From positions 22,134,001-22,198,000 of the forward strand of contig OX597814.1 in NCBI GenBank assembly GCA_951406725.2: a stretch of 64,000 nucleotides of DNA, read 5' to 3'. Position 1 is the stretch's first letter. Every line of letters starts with the position of its first letter. The position numbers were made by a program, and so were the translations under genes. The notes beneath the pieces are model-generated. The model saw only the letters and a program-made list of their open reading frames with translations, ran no database searches and was not told where the DNA came from. Positions 26,156 through 40,380 of this stretch are shown in pieces. The stretch comes from Octopus vulgaris (Eukaryota).

Positions 26156-26399
26156 GTGTGAGTAATGTTGCATCTAGCACATTCTAATACGTTCGGACTT
26201 CAAAAGACTTTCCGCAGTGGATAATGTCTCAGAAGAAAAGTCCCCTCCTAGATACATGTGAAAAACAAAGTTGGGGCTGCGAATGACGTCATAGGATCGG
26301 GGACGTATTTACTTCTGCTTCTTTTCGCTTCGTCACCTACAAATTCCAAATCTATCATTCATATTCCTATAAAAACGAAATTTTCATATTAAAATAGCA

Positions 26400-26760
26400 C
26401 ACGGTGGAAGAATTTTGTGCTGAGGGCTTCATTATAATATCCATAAAATTATCTTCATTGAAAGATATCCAGAATATCCCTCATTAACATTGTCGACTAT
26501 TTTTTTCAACGTACTGAGGAGATGATTTAATTTCCTATGTTTGTGTACATATTTTTCATTTGGTTTGTGCTATTGTCTGAAACTATTATTATCTAGTTTC
26601 GTGGCTGACTCTAAAAATTTTAATTGCAATAAGGTTAGTGTCTTCTATTTTCCTGAAATTGTTAATCAACATTTCCCTCCACCGAATCAGCCCATCATCA
26701 CGGTATAAGCCACAATTCATATCAGCATTTTTTTCCTCAGTAGATGTAAACCTACATCTT
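26400..26760 (-). pseudogene. Penelope-like reverse transcriptase remnant (second partial copy at about 27370-27500)
   Basis: Minus strand GLYRDDGLI motif followed by HKPN and YNEAL-like segments. Confidence 0.6.
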
Positions 26761-26828
26761 AACACATCTGGTTACCATCATACGCTCACATAGCGCCGTA
26801 GACGCTCTAACCACTGAGCCATGCGCCT

Positions 26829-26895
<67 letters not shown>

Positions 26896-27694
26896 ATATT
26901 TGTGTGTGTGAGTGTGCGAATATGTATATTTGCGTGTGTGTATGTGTGTGTGTATCATAAGGTACTGTTCTGTGCTGAAAAGATCAACAAAATAAGTACT
27001 CCATCTGGTGAAAGATAGATATTTATTTAAAGGACAATACATGTCTTTAAGTGCTACTAATAATATATATGTTGAGAAATATCTCAAGCATATTCATCAG
27101 ACACAAACCAAATATCATAACGAACTAAAAAAATAATGGATAAAAGAAGAAACGCGCAAAAGTTGAGAAGACAGGATATAGGAAACACGTCAGGTTAAAA
27201 AAAACGGAAAACGAAAAGCGGCAAACAAAAAAAAAAAAGGAAAAACTAAAATGTAGAAAATGAAAAAAAAAGAGTTACCTTCCTTAGACCTTAAATTATA
27301 TAGCTGGAAAGATATCAACAAGTTTATCAGATATTATCTAATTTCAAGGCTGTGTCTAAAAAGATTAACTGCAATAAGGTTAGTGTCTTCTATTTTCCTG
27401 AAATTATTTAATCAATTTTCCACAAATCTATCATACCTATGACTGTTCAAATTTCTCAATAAAATCAGTCCATCATCACGATATAATCATATAATCAGGA
27501 TGCATAAGAAGTGAATACAGATTTATTAAATCTATATGATGTCTCCATGATTACAGCCGTTTCATAGTCTTCTCAGTCTAGTATTATTTATTTCAACATT
27601 CCATATTATATATGTACATTTTACTTCGATATGCATACTAAGCATTATATGATTGTATGTCATGTAGAAATATACGTAAGAGAAACTTTCACAG

Positions 27695-27763
<69 letters not shown>

Positions 27764-28193
27764 GAACATCATCTTTCAACTCACTAAGTTGTATCCATGA
27801 TGCTGCAGAGGTAGAATACACAAACAGACTGAAGCTGCGGTAAACAATGATGTATGTCGCTGAGAAATGTTTATCACAAGTTCGCATATGGCGTGTACCC
27901 TTACATAGTATAAATAAAATACTTTAAAACACGTATGCGGTCGCCCGCCAGAAGTAAGAGCTTTATCTCTCTCACATCATATCCAACCGTCTAAAACATG
28001 AAACAGTAGATAGACACTGTAGGGCCTGGTTTAGAAAACTAATGATGTAATCGTCTCTGGGGTGATATCTTTGATATGGGTTCCATGAAGGTGATGTAGT
28101 ACTAAACAACAACAACAGCATATACACAAAAGCAAAACCATAAATACCCTCAAAATTATTAATAAATTGTGCTTCATTTTAAATGTATATATC

Positions 28194-28529
28194 TCAAACA
28201 TTAAAATAATTAAAATTCCATGTTCGTTGATTGGCTTCGAATACATATTTTGGCCTTGTGTCGTATCCAAATTGTAAACAGTCATCTTTTAGAAGAACCT
28301 CTAACTGATCTAAAACATCCATTGGTACTGTACTATAAGCGTAAGACATTGCTTCATTTTTGATGACTTTTAAACTTTTATCAGTTTTTGAAACCAGACT
28401 GGCATCTTTAATAGTATCTAAAAATTCTTGTTTAGTTACAAATAGTGTCTGGTTATTGGTAAAAGGGAAATCTAAATCCATACTGACGAATCCTCGAATC
28501 TGAGCTTTTCGCCATGTGCGGCGCAAAAT
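28194..28529 (-). CDS. Carbohydrate sulfotransferase, last coding exon
   Basis: ttttcag|ATT acceptor in phase 0 with the previous exon. Encodes ILRRTWRKAQIRG...LKDDCLQFGYD (family C-terminal D..LFGY-like motif), with TAA at 28194-28196. Confidence 0.85.
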   Translation of the reverse strand: MLRRTWRKAQIRGFVSMDLDFPFTNNQTLFVTKQEFLDTIKDASLVSKTDKSLKVIKNEAMSYAYSTVPMDVLDQLEVLLKDDCLQFGYDTRPKYVFEANQRTWNFNYFNV

Positions 28530-29285
28530 CTGAAAATTTAAGAAACATGAGTATAATAAATAGAGAATATTATATTGGTTTCAAATTTTGGCAAAAGGCT
28601 AGGAATTTCGGGAAGGGGCTAAGTCGATTACATAGACCCCCTACACTTAACTGGTGCTTATTTTATCGACCTCGTAAACATGAAAAGCAAAATCAACCTT
28701 GACGGAGTTTGAACATAGACGGACAAAATGCCGCATAGCAATTTTCCCGACGTACTAAAGGTTCTACCAGCTCACCACCCTAATAGTGCGTATATTGAAG
28801 ACTACGAATATTCACAACAATATCGATTAAACATTTTTACTAAGCACAATGGCTTATATCTAACAAGAAAAAGGAGCACACATTAGAACTCCTATTTTCA
28901 TACAATCATTTGTAGCAGAGTGGTCTAAGTTGAAATTGGGTTGCATCCTAGTTTTCCCGGTAGCTTAACTATTGTTACAGGGTGATCAACTCAACATAAT
29001 GGCCATCTCTCTATGTAAAATGGGAATCTATTAAATAACAAAAAGTGTCGATTTCAGAGCACAGTACGAAATGAAACTGCTTGTCTTTCATGCTTTTAAT
29101 GATTTTGTGTGACAGTAAACAAAGATGAAAACAGCTTACAGATGCAGCTTTTTGTGAGCTTACCTTTAGCCTATGATACTCTCGCTAATTAAAAAAGAAA
29201 GCAAACCAATTCATTACTTAATTTGTGGCGGATTATTAAGTAGGTCACTATTTTCAAATAAAGACATACAAGGCTTGTCACTTAC

Positions 29286-30239
29286 TTGCGAGAAATCCAC
29301 ACATCTATTATTCTTCTTATGAAAGGCTAGCTCAACGACACCTGTAAGTTCAAATCCAACTCTCTCAGTTACCATATTTTTGGCTGACATTCTATGACCT
29401 TCACCAATTTCTTCAAACATTAAATTCAAATCAGGGACAAAAGTATCGAGTTTCCCTATGATATCATACTTGATATTACAGGTACCACACAGATCATGCA
29501 TCATACCAAAATGATAATTTTTTTTTACATTCTTCAGATTTGAATGGATGACATAACGCAAAAATTCTTCAAAAGTTACATCAAGAGGACATATAATACT
29601 TGAATTTTTAACCACACTTTTCCTGAAAGTTTTAATAATATAAGTACACAGGGTTTTAAAATTTTGTTGTGGCAAGAAAATTTTGTCGAGATAACCTGAA
29701 AAAAGGCGTGCATAAGGATCCCGAACAAAAACTACTTTCTTGTAAGTCCTCAATATTGCAGCTTTTTCTCTGGGACGTTTCACAAGGAGTCTCATTCCCT
29801 TGGTGCGTGTTTTGGTTGGTGCTATATCATACGGACTAGAACCATTCTGATATTTCCCTTTGAGAATCAACATAAGGCGTCTAAAGAATGTGCAGCCAAC
29901 TTTAGGGATGTAGCAGAATACCATTTTATGTTGGTGGTTCACAAGCATCAGATAATTAAGCGGAGGGCGTCTGACACCATGTCGCTGACACTGACCATTT
30001 AGTAATTGTTTCCGTTTAAAGTTTTGCTCTCTCGTTGCGTTCGATGAAAATAGCCCTGGTCTTTTTTTGGCTAAATTTCTTGAAAATTTAAGACCTTTTG
30101 ATAGTAAATGTGGTGCTTTTGTTTGTTGTTTCTCCTTGATGGGATTTGTTTGAAACAATTTGCTATTAATTGTTTCCCTGAGCTTCAGTTGATATGTGTT
30201 AGAAAACTCTGTTGGAATTGTCGCCGATCCTGGAATGAT
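29286..30239 (-). CDS. Carbohydrate sulfotransferase (CHST8-14/HNK-1ST, Sulfotransfer_2 family), main catalytic exon
   Basis: Lies inside ORF 29214..30341. Carries the 5'-PSB motif FCYIPKVGCT, the 3'-PB motif FVRDPYARLFSGY, and TFEEF and LCGTCNIKYDIIGKLDT motifs. Acceptor is tttgtctcttcattctatcaacag|ATC and donor is CAA|gtaagt. Confidence 0.9.
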
Positions 30240-30718
30240 CTGTTGATAGAATGAAGAGACAAAAGTAAATCCTTTTGCAATGTATAGACAGAAAAATAAA
30301 TAGCACATTATCAGCACAATAGCGGAAATACACACAGACACACTTACACATACAATTTATTTGATTCTCTATAAAAATGTTGGTGGTAATCATGAGAGTA
30401 TACATTTTAGATTGTAAAGGTCTTTATCTAATATATCTCCTGGGGTTAAAGAGAATTTAAAAGAAACTTTAAGCAATTTCAAAATAAATAATAACCATAA
30501 AACATGAATATAAAAGTAAAAGATAAAGAGAAAAAATATAGTTTAGAGAACTGCGCTTAATGTGTATCATCCCACTCACTTCCTTCTTCCTTTATTAGCA
30601 GACCATGCTCCATTTCAGTATATCTAAATTTCCTCTCTCTCTCTCTCTTACACACACAGACACAGACCCACACACACACATACACACACACACACACACT
30701 CTCTCACACACACACACA

Positions 30719-30761
<43 letters not shown>

Positions 30762-31266
30762 TGGGCGATTTGTTATCAAGCATTGTGAAGCGTTTGTTTC
30801 AAACATTTTGAAATCTCTCATCGATTAATTCAGAGGGTAGTCGGAATTAGCTTCATAAATATCCCTTACTTTCTGGACAACTATGTACTTCATTACATGT
30901 TCAGTGTTCTTATTTTATATTTTGGGACAACAAACTAATCGCTATTTTCAGGATTTTGTTTTTCCAGTTTACTACTGATTAGCTTGCTTATCCACAATAA
31001 GATAAGCGTCATTGCTGTTGTTTGACTCTGGTGTAGGTCTGATAGCGTATAGTTGTCATCATCAAAGGCGTTACAATTGTTTCCAGACTCTGTCATCTTT
31101 TTAAAGAACAGGATGTCGTTTGTGGATGTGATCAAAATACTACAATTATTATGTTCAATAGTGCGCTCTATGATTTGTATCGAACACAAGCTACGAAATT
31201 AGATGATTTTGGAGACGTAATGGTTATGATTACAATAAATTTGAATGAAGACCTTGATGAAAATTG

Positions 31267-31573
31267 TTGTTTTTGTTTGTTCCTTCTCGAGCCATGCCTG
31301 GCTCATAAGGGCCGGTTTCCCGGTTTCTTTGGCGTATAGGTTCCTCACCTGGACGGGGCGCCGGTCCATCGCAGGTGAGCTGCAAGATGCAAGAGGAAAG
31401 AGTGAGAAAGTTGTGGCGAAAGTATCAGTAGAAGTTCGCCATTACCTTCTGCCGGAGCCGCGCGGAGCTTAGGTGTTTCGCTCATAAACACACACATCGT
31501 CCGGTCTGATATTCGAACCCGCGATCTCTCGACCGCGAGTCCACTGCTCTAACCACTAGGCCATGTGCCTCCA
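31267..31573 (-). mobile_element. Full-length tRNA(Arg)-like SINE family 3 with a 14-bp TSD
   Basis: ggaggcacatggcctagtggttagagc...gggttcgaat head. TSD CTTGATGAAAATTG at 31253-31266 and 31574-31587. Confidence 0.85.
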
Positions 31574-33203
31574 CTTGATGAAAATTGGGACCCGTTGATA
31601 ACTCATTTCTGATTTCCGACCCTGGACTGCAACTATCAGAAGTTATAGCCGATCATATCATATAAACCAGTCGTTTGCATTTCACTACACGGTTACTTAT
31701 ATTCCTTACACTTTACATTGTCCAAAATAATGTTGTACATCGTATTATTAAATAAGTAATATTAAATAAGAACTGAGCTTAGAACAATTCAAAAAATTCT
31801 ATGACTGAAAATCGTTCAGATAATAATCTATATTACCCACGAATATCTGAATGAGCCTGGGATTTTCTGACTGAAAAAATAAAACATTCACATCAGGATC
31901 TCATTAGTTTGTAAACAGTGAAATTCTAAATTTCAGGCAATTTCCATAGACACGATGACTCTTATGAACTCATTCTCGTAAACGCTTTTAAATGTCAACC
32001 CTGGCACTATGATGGTTACTTATCTTGTTAACAATGAGTTGCAGAAAGATAAATTTCAATACAATCTTAAAATTTGACTATGTACCACAGCTGGCTCGTT
32101 AAACTAGTTGTTGCTGCCATTTGATAACGCTTGCATGCATAAAATCAAATGACCGAGTTTGATTAATAAATTTCAGTATTCCAGTCGTATCATGTATTAG
32201 TCGGAATGAGGACCACACAACCCGATCTGTGTGCAGAAAATGAAATCCGTCTGATTCCATTTTCTCGCCTTCTTAAATTTTCCTTTGAGAAAAATAAATT
32301 AATTAGCTAGTAACAAGCAAGTTTTGATTTAAAATGCGGGCATTTTAAGTGCAAGTCTATCAACACAAAACAAATTTCAAAAATAGCTATGTGTGAATAC
32401 ACCCACCACACACAAACACCTTCCACACATTTCTTTAGCTGTTTATACGTATTTGTATGTATGTGTGTGTGTGTTTTTGTGTCTTTCAATACTTAGACAA
32501 CGCAACACAGATTTTTAAAAAGACTTTCACTTTCAACAATTTATGAAGGTACGTGCATGATTAACAAATATTTTTACCAACGGCGTAGCTACGGAAACGA
32601 CCTAGTAAATTATTACACGCAAGAATTCATTTTGGTGGTTTAATTTCAACTGCTTTATGTTCAGTTATTGTCCAGATGGTCGAATGTTTATTTTTCTTTC
32701 TGTGGTCAATAAAATAAATACTAATAAAATGTCAACGCAGATTAATCTATAATCCATCATCTTACAAATTCAGCGTTGCCTTGTGTATATATGCCACACG
32801 AATTAATGACTGGAACATGTTTGTTACACACTTGTTTATCATTCTACAAAGAAATAGTTAATTATATATTGCAAATGTGAGCCAAAGAACTTTATTCTTT
32901 CTGTATATAGTAGATGGCAACGCCGTGTGTTCAAAATATGCTTTTCGCTCAGTTCAATCATTCTGCGAAGCACTTTAGGGTAGTGTTTTCTATCATAGCT
33001 TCGCGTTGATCAGTGTGTTCTGAGTGAATCGGAAATAGAAAACGTGTGTGAAGGGTGTATGTATGCATACATGCAAAAGGTTTTCGAGTTCAAAATATGT
33101 GCTTGTTTTGTTATCTAGATTCCAAGAATAGAGCTTTGCATCTTTGTTAGAAACCACTCCTTCCTTACAGGAAGATATCAAATAACTACAAGTAGAAGAG
33201 AAC

Positions 33204-33234
<31 letters not shown>

Positions 33235-33531
33235 CATACATACATACATACATACATACATACATACATACATACATACATACACATACATACATGCATA
33301 CATACATACTACAATATCAGAAAGGAGAAAGCTAATTCGAAGACTACAGATCCTATTTATCACTGGAAATGTAAAAATCTGTAACACTTTCCAGAAGTTT
33401 ATCATTTAGATATGTATGAACATGTCTAGATATGTATGAACATGTCTAGATATGTAACTGTACGCATGAGAATACATACATACGTACATGCATTCATACG
33501 CACATACATGCATGCATACATACATACATAC

Positions 33532-33579
<48 letters not shown>

Positions 33580-33593
33580 TATATACACATACA

Positions 33594-33647
<54 letters not shown>

Positions 33648-34054
33648 CACATACATACATACATACATACATACATACATACATACATACATACATACAT
33701 ACATACGTACATACATATATTTCAGGGTAGCAAAGAAAAAATTAGAAAATTTCTTTGCTACCAGTGGTCTGGCGAGAAGAAAAAACTAGTCAATAGACTA
33801 TATATTATTCATATAAAAATACAGTGTACATTGTGTTTAAATGTACACTGTATTTATATATATATATAAATGATAGATCGGTAGCGACTACACACATTTT
33901 TTTCTCTCCTTGTTTTTTTCTGTGTCCCTTTCTGTAGAAGAGCGTAGGCTCGAAACGTAAAAGACTTTTTCTATTCCTGAGCGTTATACTAATACATCTG
34001 TTTGTTTGTACACGACCTGTCTTCGTCTTTTGTATTTTTCGTGAACTCTCTCCC

Positions 34055-34127
<73 letters not shown>

Positions 34128-34359
34128 TGCTCATATACGGACTTGCACATATGCTTTTTATTTGAGTTGTAAGTTGTTCATAAGAGATAACCGGTCGGTA
34201 ACAAAGCGGCAAGACTTTTTGAGTTGAAGTTCATGGAGTTTGTAAATTTGTAGTGTAGTTGGTTGAACATATTCTCAATCTGGGATTCTTTAGATGATTT
34301 GATCCACACTCAAGTGTATGCATCGAAACATCTAAAGAATCTCAGATTGAAGATATTTG

Positions 34360-35900
34360 TAATGTCGAACAAATTATTACTGTACCGCTAATAGACTGAA
34401 TTTGGAGATCCTCGTCAGTTTCTTTAGCTCCAACTTCGAAACACCTAATATTTCTAAGATTTTGTGTAAATTTGTCGGTACATAGCCTAATGGGCCTATA
34501 ATTATAGATACAAATGAGAATTCATAGTCAAGACACGTAAGATGTAAATTTCGCATTAATTCCGTATAAAACAATATCATATCTGTTATATTTTGCACCG
34601 AATTGCTGTTTTTATAGGAGTGTTCTACCAGTATTCTCTGTTTTTAATGGTGTGAATATATGATGATTCTGACATGCCTTTGATATATGTGTCAGGGCAA
34701 TCTTTTCTGCTGGTAGCGTTGTAAATAGTCTTTGCACCTATATTATGCTTCAAGGGCAGATAATATATCGTATGTATGTATGTATGTATGTATGTATGTA
34801 TGTATGTATGTATGTATACATGTCTCTTCTGTATTTAATCTTTCAAATTCTTCCTCTGAAGAAGGAGCTGGTTTCTAACCAAGATACAAAGCTTCATCTC
34901 TGGAATGTAGATAACGAAAACAATGTCACATTTTAAAATTGGGAAATGTCTTGCATAGTTTTACTGTTCCGTTTACAGATTGTATTTGTAACGAGCGAAT
35001 CAGTTGGTTGATTTCTTTTTCTGAAAATCGAAGCTTATCCAGACTGTCAGTTAGGCATTTACTTAGAAAATCACGTGCTCCAATTATTATTGGTCTGAAC
35101 GTAAATTTGTTATCCGGATATAGGAGCTAGAGGTTTCGAAGTAATTGTCCATAATTATCTTCTTTCTCTTCGATTTTCATAGAGATATTTACATCAGCTG
35201 GACAACTGACCTCTATGACGATACGTACATTTTCTTTTGTGTCCCAAACAACATCCGGCCTGTTATGTTTACACTTGACCGATATTTTGATAGGAATGTT
35301 CTACCAGTATTCCTTGTGCTGGCATTTGAGTACGTATTCAATAACAGCGGGTTCTTTATATTTATAGTAGGACAGTCTTTTTTCTGAATAGCATTGTATA
35401 TTGTTTTTGCGACAACGTCATGTCTCACAGAGAGGAGTACCTTGATGACATTTTTGGGCAGCTACTAATCATCCATGTGATGACTTCAACAGAAGTATGA
35501 CATTATCTACATTGACGGTTGCATCTTGGAACTACGAAGGCTTCACTGTCTCTTTTGTTGATTAGGCATTTTGTAGCAATCTCCTGTTTTTGGATTGCAA
35601 ATGCATAACCTTCGAAGTGTGATGTAATACAGCGGTCATGAGTCCAAGAGAGGCTTCGCTTCATGTCAATATTACTATCTTCTTCAAGTCTGCGAGAAAC
35701 ATACCCATGCATGATCTTTTGTTTTGGTATGCTGAGTGTTTCACTTTCAGATCTTCTTTGAGGTATGCATGTCCGGCTGATTTGGGGTTGTATGGGAGGT
35801 CATCAGGAAGAGAGTACTTCCTGAGTGGCTCACTTCCAACACGTAGGATATTGTTTTCTTCACTTTTCAGCATTAAGTTAATGCATTTACGTTTGTTGCT
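34360..35900 (-). mobile_element. Two R4/Dong-like non-LTR retrotransposon remnants (restriction-like endonuclease end)
   Basis: MHGY...EGYAFAIQKQEI...CR, SCPK..RHDVVAK, and twice an F.P/SIIIG motif. The 3' end abuts (ACAT)n. Confidence 0.7.
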
Positions 35901-36583
35901 GATGCTAGTGTTGTTGTTGTTGTTGTTGTTGTTGTTAAGAAACAAGACGGGTAATGGTGATTAGGTGATGGTCTAGGGTTTTAGGGGCGGGTGACCCCAG
36001 ACCTTGGAAAAAAAAAGAAACTTTGGTTGCCTTGTTGTAGTCGAGGGCTCTTCGTTGACGCCCGACACTGCTGGGTGGTGGCCCTCGAAGTCGCTGGAAA
36101 TGGAGATCTCCAGGCCCAAATTCCTGAACGGTTGCAGCTGCTGCTGTTTACAATTAATGCATCTGTTATTTACAAGTGTTGACTAAGACAGACTATGCAA
36201 CATTAGAAGGCTGTCCACGCTGATCTCAAGCCTTTTCCTCCTTTATTACTTTTTATGTAAAGCTGTTGATATCACTATTTTTGTGGATATTTTCAGTTAA
36301 TGTTAGAATCTTGCGGGTTTTAATATCTACGGAGTGGATTTCTTCAACAGACCAGTCAAGTATCCCAAATTTTGGAATCAGAACTGTAAAGGCATTGCAG
36401 GGTATTGTCTTGTTGTAAGAGGAGAGTTCGGACTACCATATGTTTCTTAGTCTGGTTTAATATTCATGGAACACTCTATGTTTATTCAAAGTACCTTGGT
36501 ATGATGTATTTCCATCAATACCAAAGTACTTGTAGCATTCTTTGCGTATGAACACACACATACACACACACGTACACACGCGT

Positions 36584-36655
<72 letters not shown>

Positions 36656-37231
36656 GCACAAATATCTGGGATGTTGCAGCCCTCCCTTTATCTCAACCGT
36701 CATGCTACATACAAACCCAACGTGGAAAATATATGACGGCATCAACGATAAAAGAGTCCCAATACATGTCATTCTAGAAACCATAGACTCCATTTTTCGC
36801 TGCATGCTTAAATAAAAAATACTCAGCATCTGTTGAAGGAACAACACTAAATGCTGGTCGCCAAATTTATGTTGTAGAAAAGAACAACACTTCCTGAATA
36901 TGTATGACATACAAACGTTCTCTTACCCTTCTTTCAAGAAACCACTCCATTCCTCTGTTTAACATAGACAGCCTTATTGGCAGATAACATTACGATCATA
37001 TTCTCTTTTACTCTTTTACTTGTTTCAGTCATTTGACAGTGGCCATGCCGGAGCACCGCTTTTAGTCGAGCAAGTCGACCCCAGGACTTATTCTTTGTAA
37101 GCCTAGTACTTATTCTATCGGTCTCTTCTTGCCTAACCGCTAAGTTACAGGGACGTAAACACACCAGCATCGGTTGTCAAGCGATGCTGGGGGAGGGACA
37201 AACACAAATACACAAACATATACACACAAAC

Positions 37232-37267
<36 letters not shown>

Positions 37268-38934
37268 GACGGGCTTCTTTCACTTTCCGTCTACGAAATC
37301 TACTCACAAGGCTTTGGTCGGCCTGAGGCTATAGTAGAAGACACTTCCCCAAGGTGCCCCGCAGTGGACTGGACCTGGAACCATGTAGTTCGTAAGCAAG
37401 CTACTTACCACACAGCCATTCCTACGCCTATATTGAACTATTATTAGAAACTGCAACGCGAGTACTCCAACAATATTCGAATCATATAGAAATTTGGTTC
37501 CTCAAAACAGACTTAATGTAGTACCTATCAAATGTACTATTTTCTTTCTTACCAGCAACGCCAGTTTACATCGAATATAATACAACCATCCTGGTTCTCA
37601 AATATTACACTCACATTCACTCAGAAAACAAAACTGTTAAGAGTTACATAGAAGCCATCACGTCTTCAACAATACTTATAGAAACCATAATTGCTTCAGG
37701 TTTTGATACAAGATACAATAATGTTTTAGGGGAAAGGGGTTAGTCAATTACATCGACTCCATATCCAACTGGTCTTTATTTTGTCGACCATGAAAGGATA
37801 AAAGGCAAAGTCGACCACAGCGAATTTTGAACTCGAACGTAAAGACGGATGGAATGTCGTTATGCATTTTGTCCGGCGAGCTAACGATTCTAGCAGCTCG
37901 CCGCCTTATATAGAAAACGTAATAATGAAAGCAAAACGACTCATAAATTCACATAACATAATCGACAATGAGGGACAAGCAATATTGTATCTTCACAATA
38001 ATCCACAGTAAATATAAAGAACACAAAATTGTGCGCTACGCATCGTTAGCTGTACACTGACAGCATCTACAAACCAATTACAAAACGAAAAGTACAAAAA
38101 ACGAAGAACCACCTGGACCACAAAAGGAACAATGTAGCACACTTCAAGCTCCATTTTATTCCCCATTACATGAATAACTAGCTTCGAAAATCCAGGTCGT
38201 ACATAATGTTTGGAAAATTAGAACAACTATATGTCAAAACACCATCTCTTCCACTTAGAAAAACATTAGACCACATATACACAGGAATAACTACAATGTC
38301 AATTGCATCACTGGCTGCTCATGCAATCCTGAGATACACCTCATCAACAATAGCTGAATAAGAATATTCTGACCAGGTTTACATGGCCCGCTCTCCTTCG
38401 TTGTTGCTGTCATCAAAATCTGAGTATACAAATATTGGCTTGTCAGCAGAGAGAGAGTGCAATATAGGAAGATGGTCAGATCGCACTCTCTATATAATTA
38501 TTATTACATATCGAAATATAGATGGAAACAAGACATAACTGGGAACAGGGATCTGTGAGACGCGACTTGTCCTTCGGTTGACTATCTGCGTAGAGCTCGA
38601 TCAGGGCTGATCTCATATTACACAAATTCACTACCACCGCAACCAACAAATATTTCGAGATAATGACGGGACCTCAGTGTAGTTGCACGATTTTATTAGA
38701 AATTCTTGCCAAATATCCCTTAAACTACACTCTTCCGTCTTAAAATGTATGGTTTGGTCTTCGGTCGTAGATATGCACTCTCAAAACAAATCTGGGATTT
38801 AAAAAAACACTACAATATTATTATTGTTGAATATTTTAAAGCTTCATGGCCATTGTAGTTTCTGAAACACAAGAGTAAAGAAATATGTAAATGCATTAGA
38901 AATGCAGTTAAAACTGAAAAAAAAAAAAAATTAC

Positions 38935-38990
38935 CTTCGGTAACCATCTGCTGGGCAATTGTAAAACTGTGAGCGGGTAGCCTAAAAACC
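38935..38990 (-). CDS. Carbohydrate sulfotransferase, putative coding exon 2 (56 nt)
   Basis: ttattttcag| acceptor and AAG|gtaatt donor. Open in phase 1 to 0, giving (G)FLGYPLTVLQLPSRWLPK, which bridges exons 1 and 3 in frame. Confidence 0.55.
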
Positions 38991-39919
38991 CTGAAAATAA
39001 ATAAAGAATTGTTGGAATTTAGATCGATTGTTCAAATTTGCTGAACACAATAGAATAATCAAGAAAGTGGATATTACATCAGACGAGATGCTATTTAATA
39101 TTGTTAGGTAAGGATTTTACTTCAAATTAATCCAGTCTCACTAAATTAAAATTTAGATAACATTGCAATCTTATAGCTTTTGTATGTAAAAAGATACTGA
39201 GGGAAATATTCTATGTCAGTAATATATAAAATATATGAATATATATTGTATAAAACGAAAGGTTACACAAAAGTAGAATTACATATATTATTTTACTCTC
39301 ACTCTCTTTCTACCTTTTCTACATTTCTGCCTTTTTACTGAATTTCTTCGCGTATCATCATTCAACACCTTCGATGTATTACAGAAATATTTGGAAGCCT
39401 GCGCTTTCATATATAAGAAGTATTCTAAAAGTATTTAAAGCCTTAATTAGAATTAAACTAGCTGAATACTCTATGAATTAGTTGAACATTCAATTTAAAC
39501 ATGCAGAGATGGGAACATCCCTTACAGGGACTATATCTGTGATATCCCAGACAAATACTTAGGGCTGTACTGATGAGAATACCAGGCTCTCATTTACTTA
39601 CCCTTATTCTCAGTGGCTGCATTCGATATCTAAGAGCGTCTTTCCCGGCAATGTACAATTACTTCTTCAAAACTGGTGATGCTTTCTTTTCACGTATGTA
39701 TTAATGCATTTAAGATGAATGTTTGATCTTAATACATACCTAATCAATTGCACATGTACTAACATCGTCACGTTTTACATTTGTGTGACAGGATAATTAA
39801 TGTACAGGATTTTGCTCTCACAGTTACAAATTACAGCTAAACGAACAATCATCCCTATCATAATTGCCTTGGCGCAATATCTTGCTATCATTTAATGTAC
39901 TATATGATATGATTGTGTC

Positions 39920-40380
39920 TTTATATGATTTTCGTTATGATTGGCTCATAACAGAATAGACCTAGATGAGATGCAGCTTTGTTTCGTGTCCGGAAAAATA
40001 TCACGGATGCAATCTTCATTGTGAAACAGTTGCAAGAGATATACTTGGCTAAGGTTAAACCGCTGTTGCTGGCATTCGTTGATTTGGGAAACACATTTGA
40101 CAAGGTACCACGTTTAGGTATTTGGTGATCTCTAAGGAAACTAGGTGTAGACAAATGAATTGTAAGAGCTATATAAACTAAGTAGAAATACACGGTAAGT
40201 AATGTGAGAGTCAACAACGATTGCAGAGAATTTGACGTGAGGGAAGGAGTCCATCATATTTCAGTCCTCAGTCCTCTCACCTTCACCACAGCCCTACAAG
40301 CCATCAAAGAAGAGTTCAAGACTGGAAGTTCATGGTAACTCCTATATGCTGATGATCTAGTTTTCATGGATGAATCTATA
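39920..40380 (+). mobile_element. RTE-clade RT fragment
   Basis: Plus frame TDAIFIVKQLQE...AFVDLGNTFDKVPR...SLRKLGV...LYADDL. Confidence 0.8.

Noticed and set aside
27545-27700. Minus-strand hammerhead (GAAAC-GGCT-GTA)
   Set aside because: No convincing CUGANGA or stem II could be placed; at most a decayed relic.
30240-30341. N-terminal hydrophobic stretch of the 375-aa ORF as the real signal-anchor
   Set aside because: It has a non-ATG start after an in-frame stop and overlaps a strong splice acceptor. Use of the ATG at 30308 is not fully excluded.
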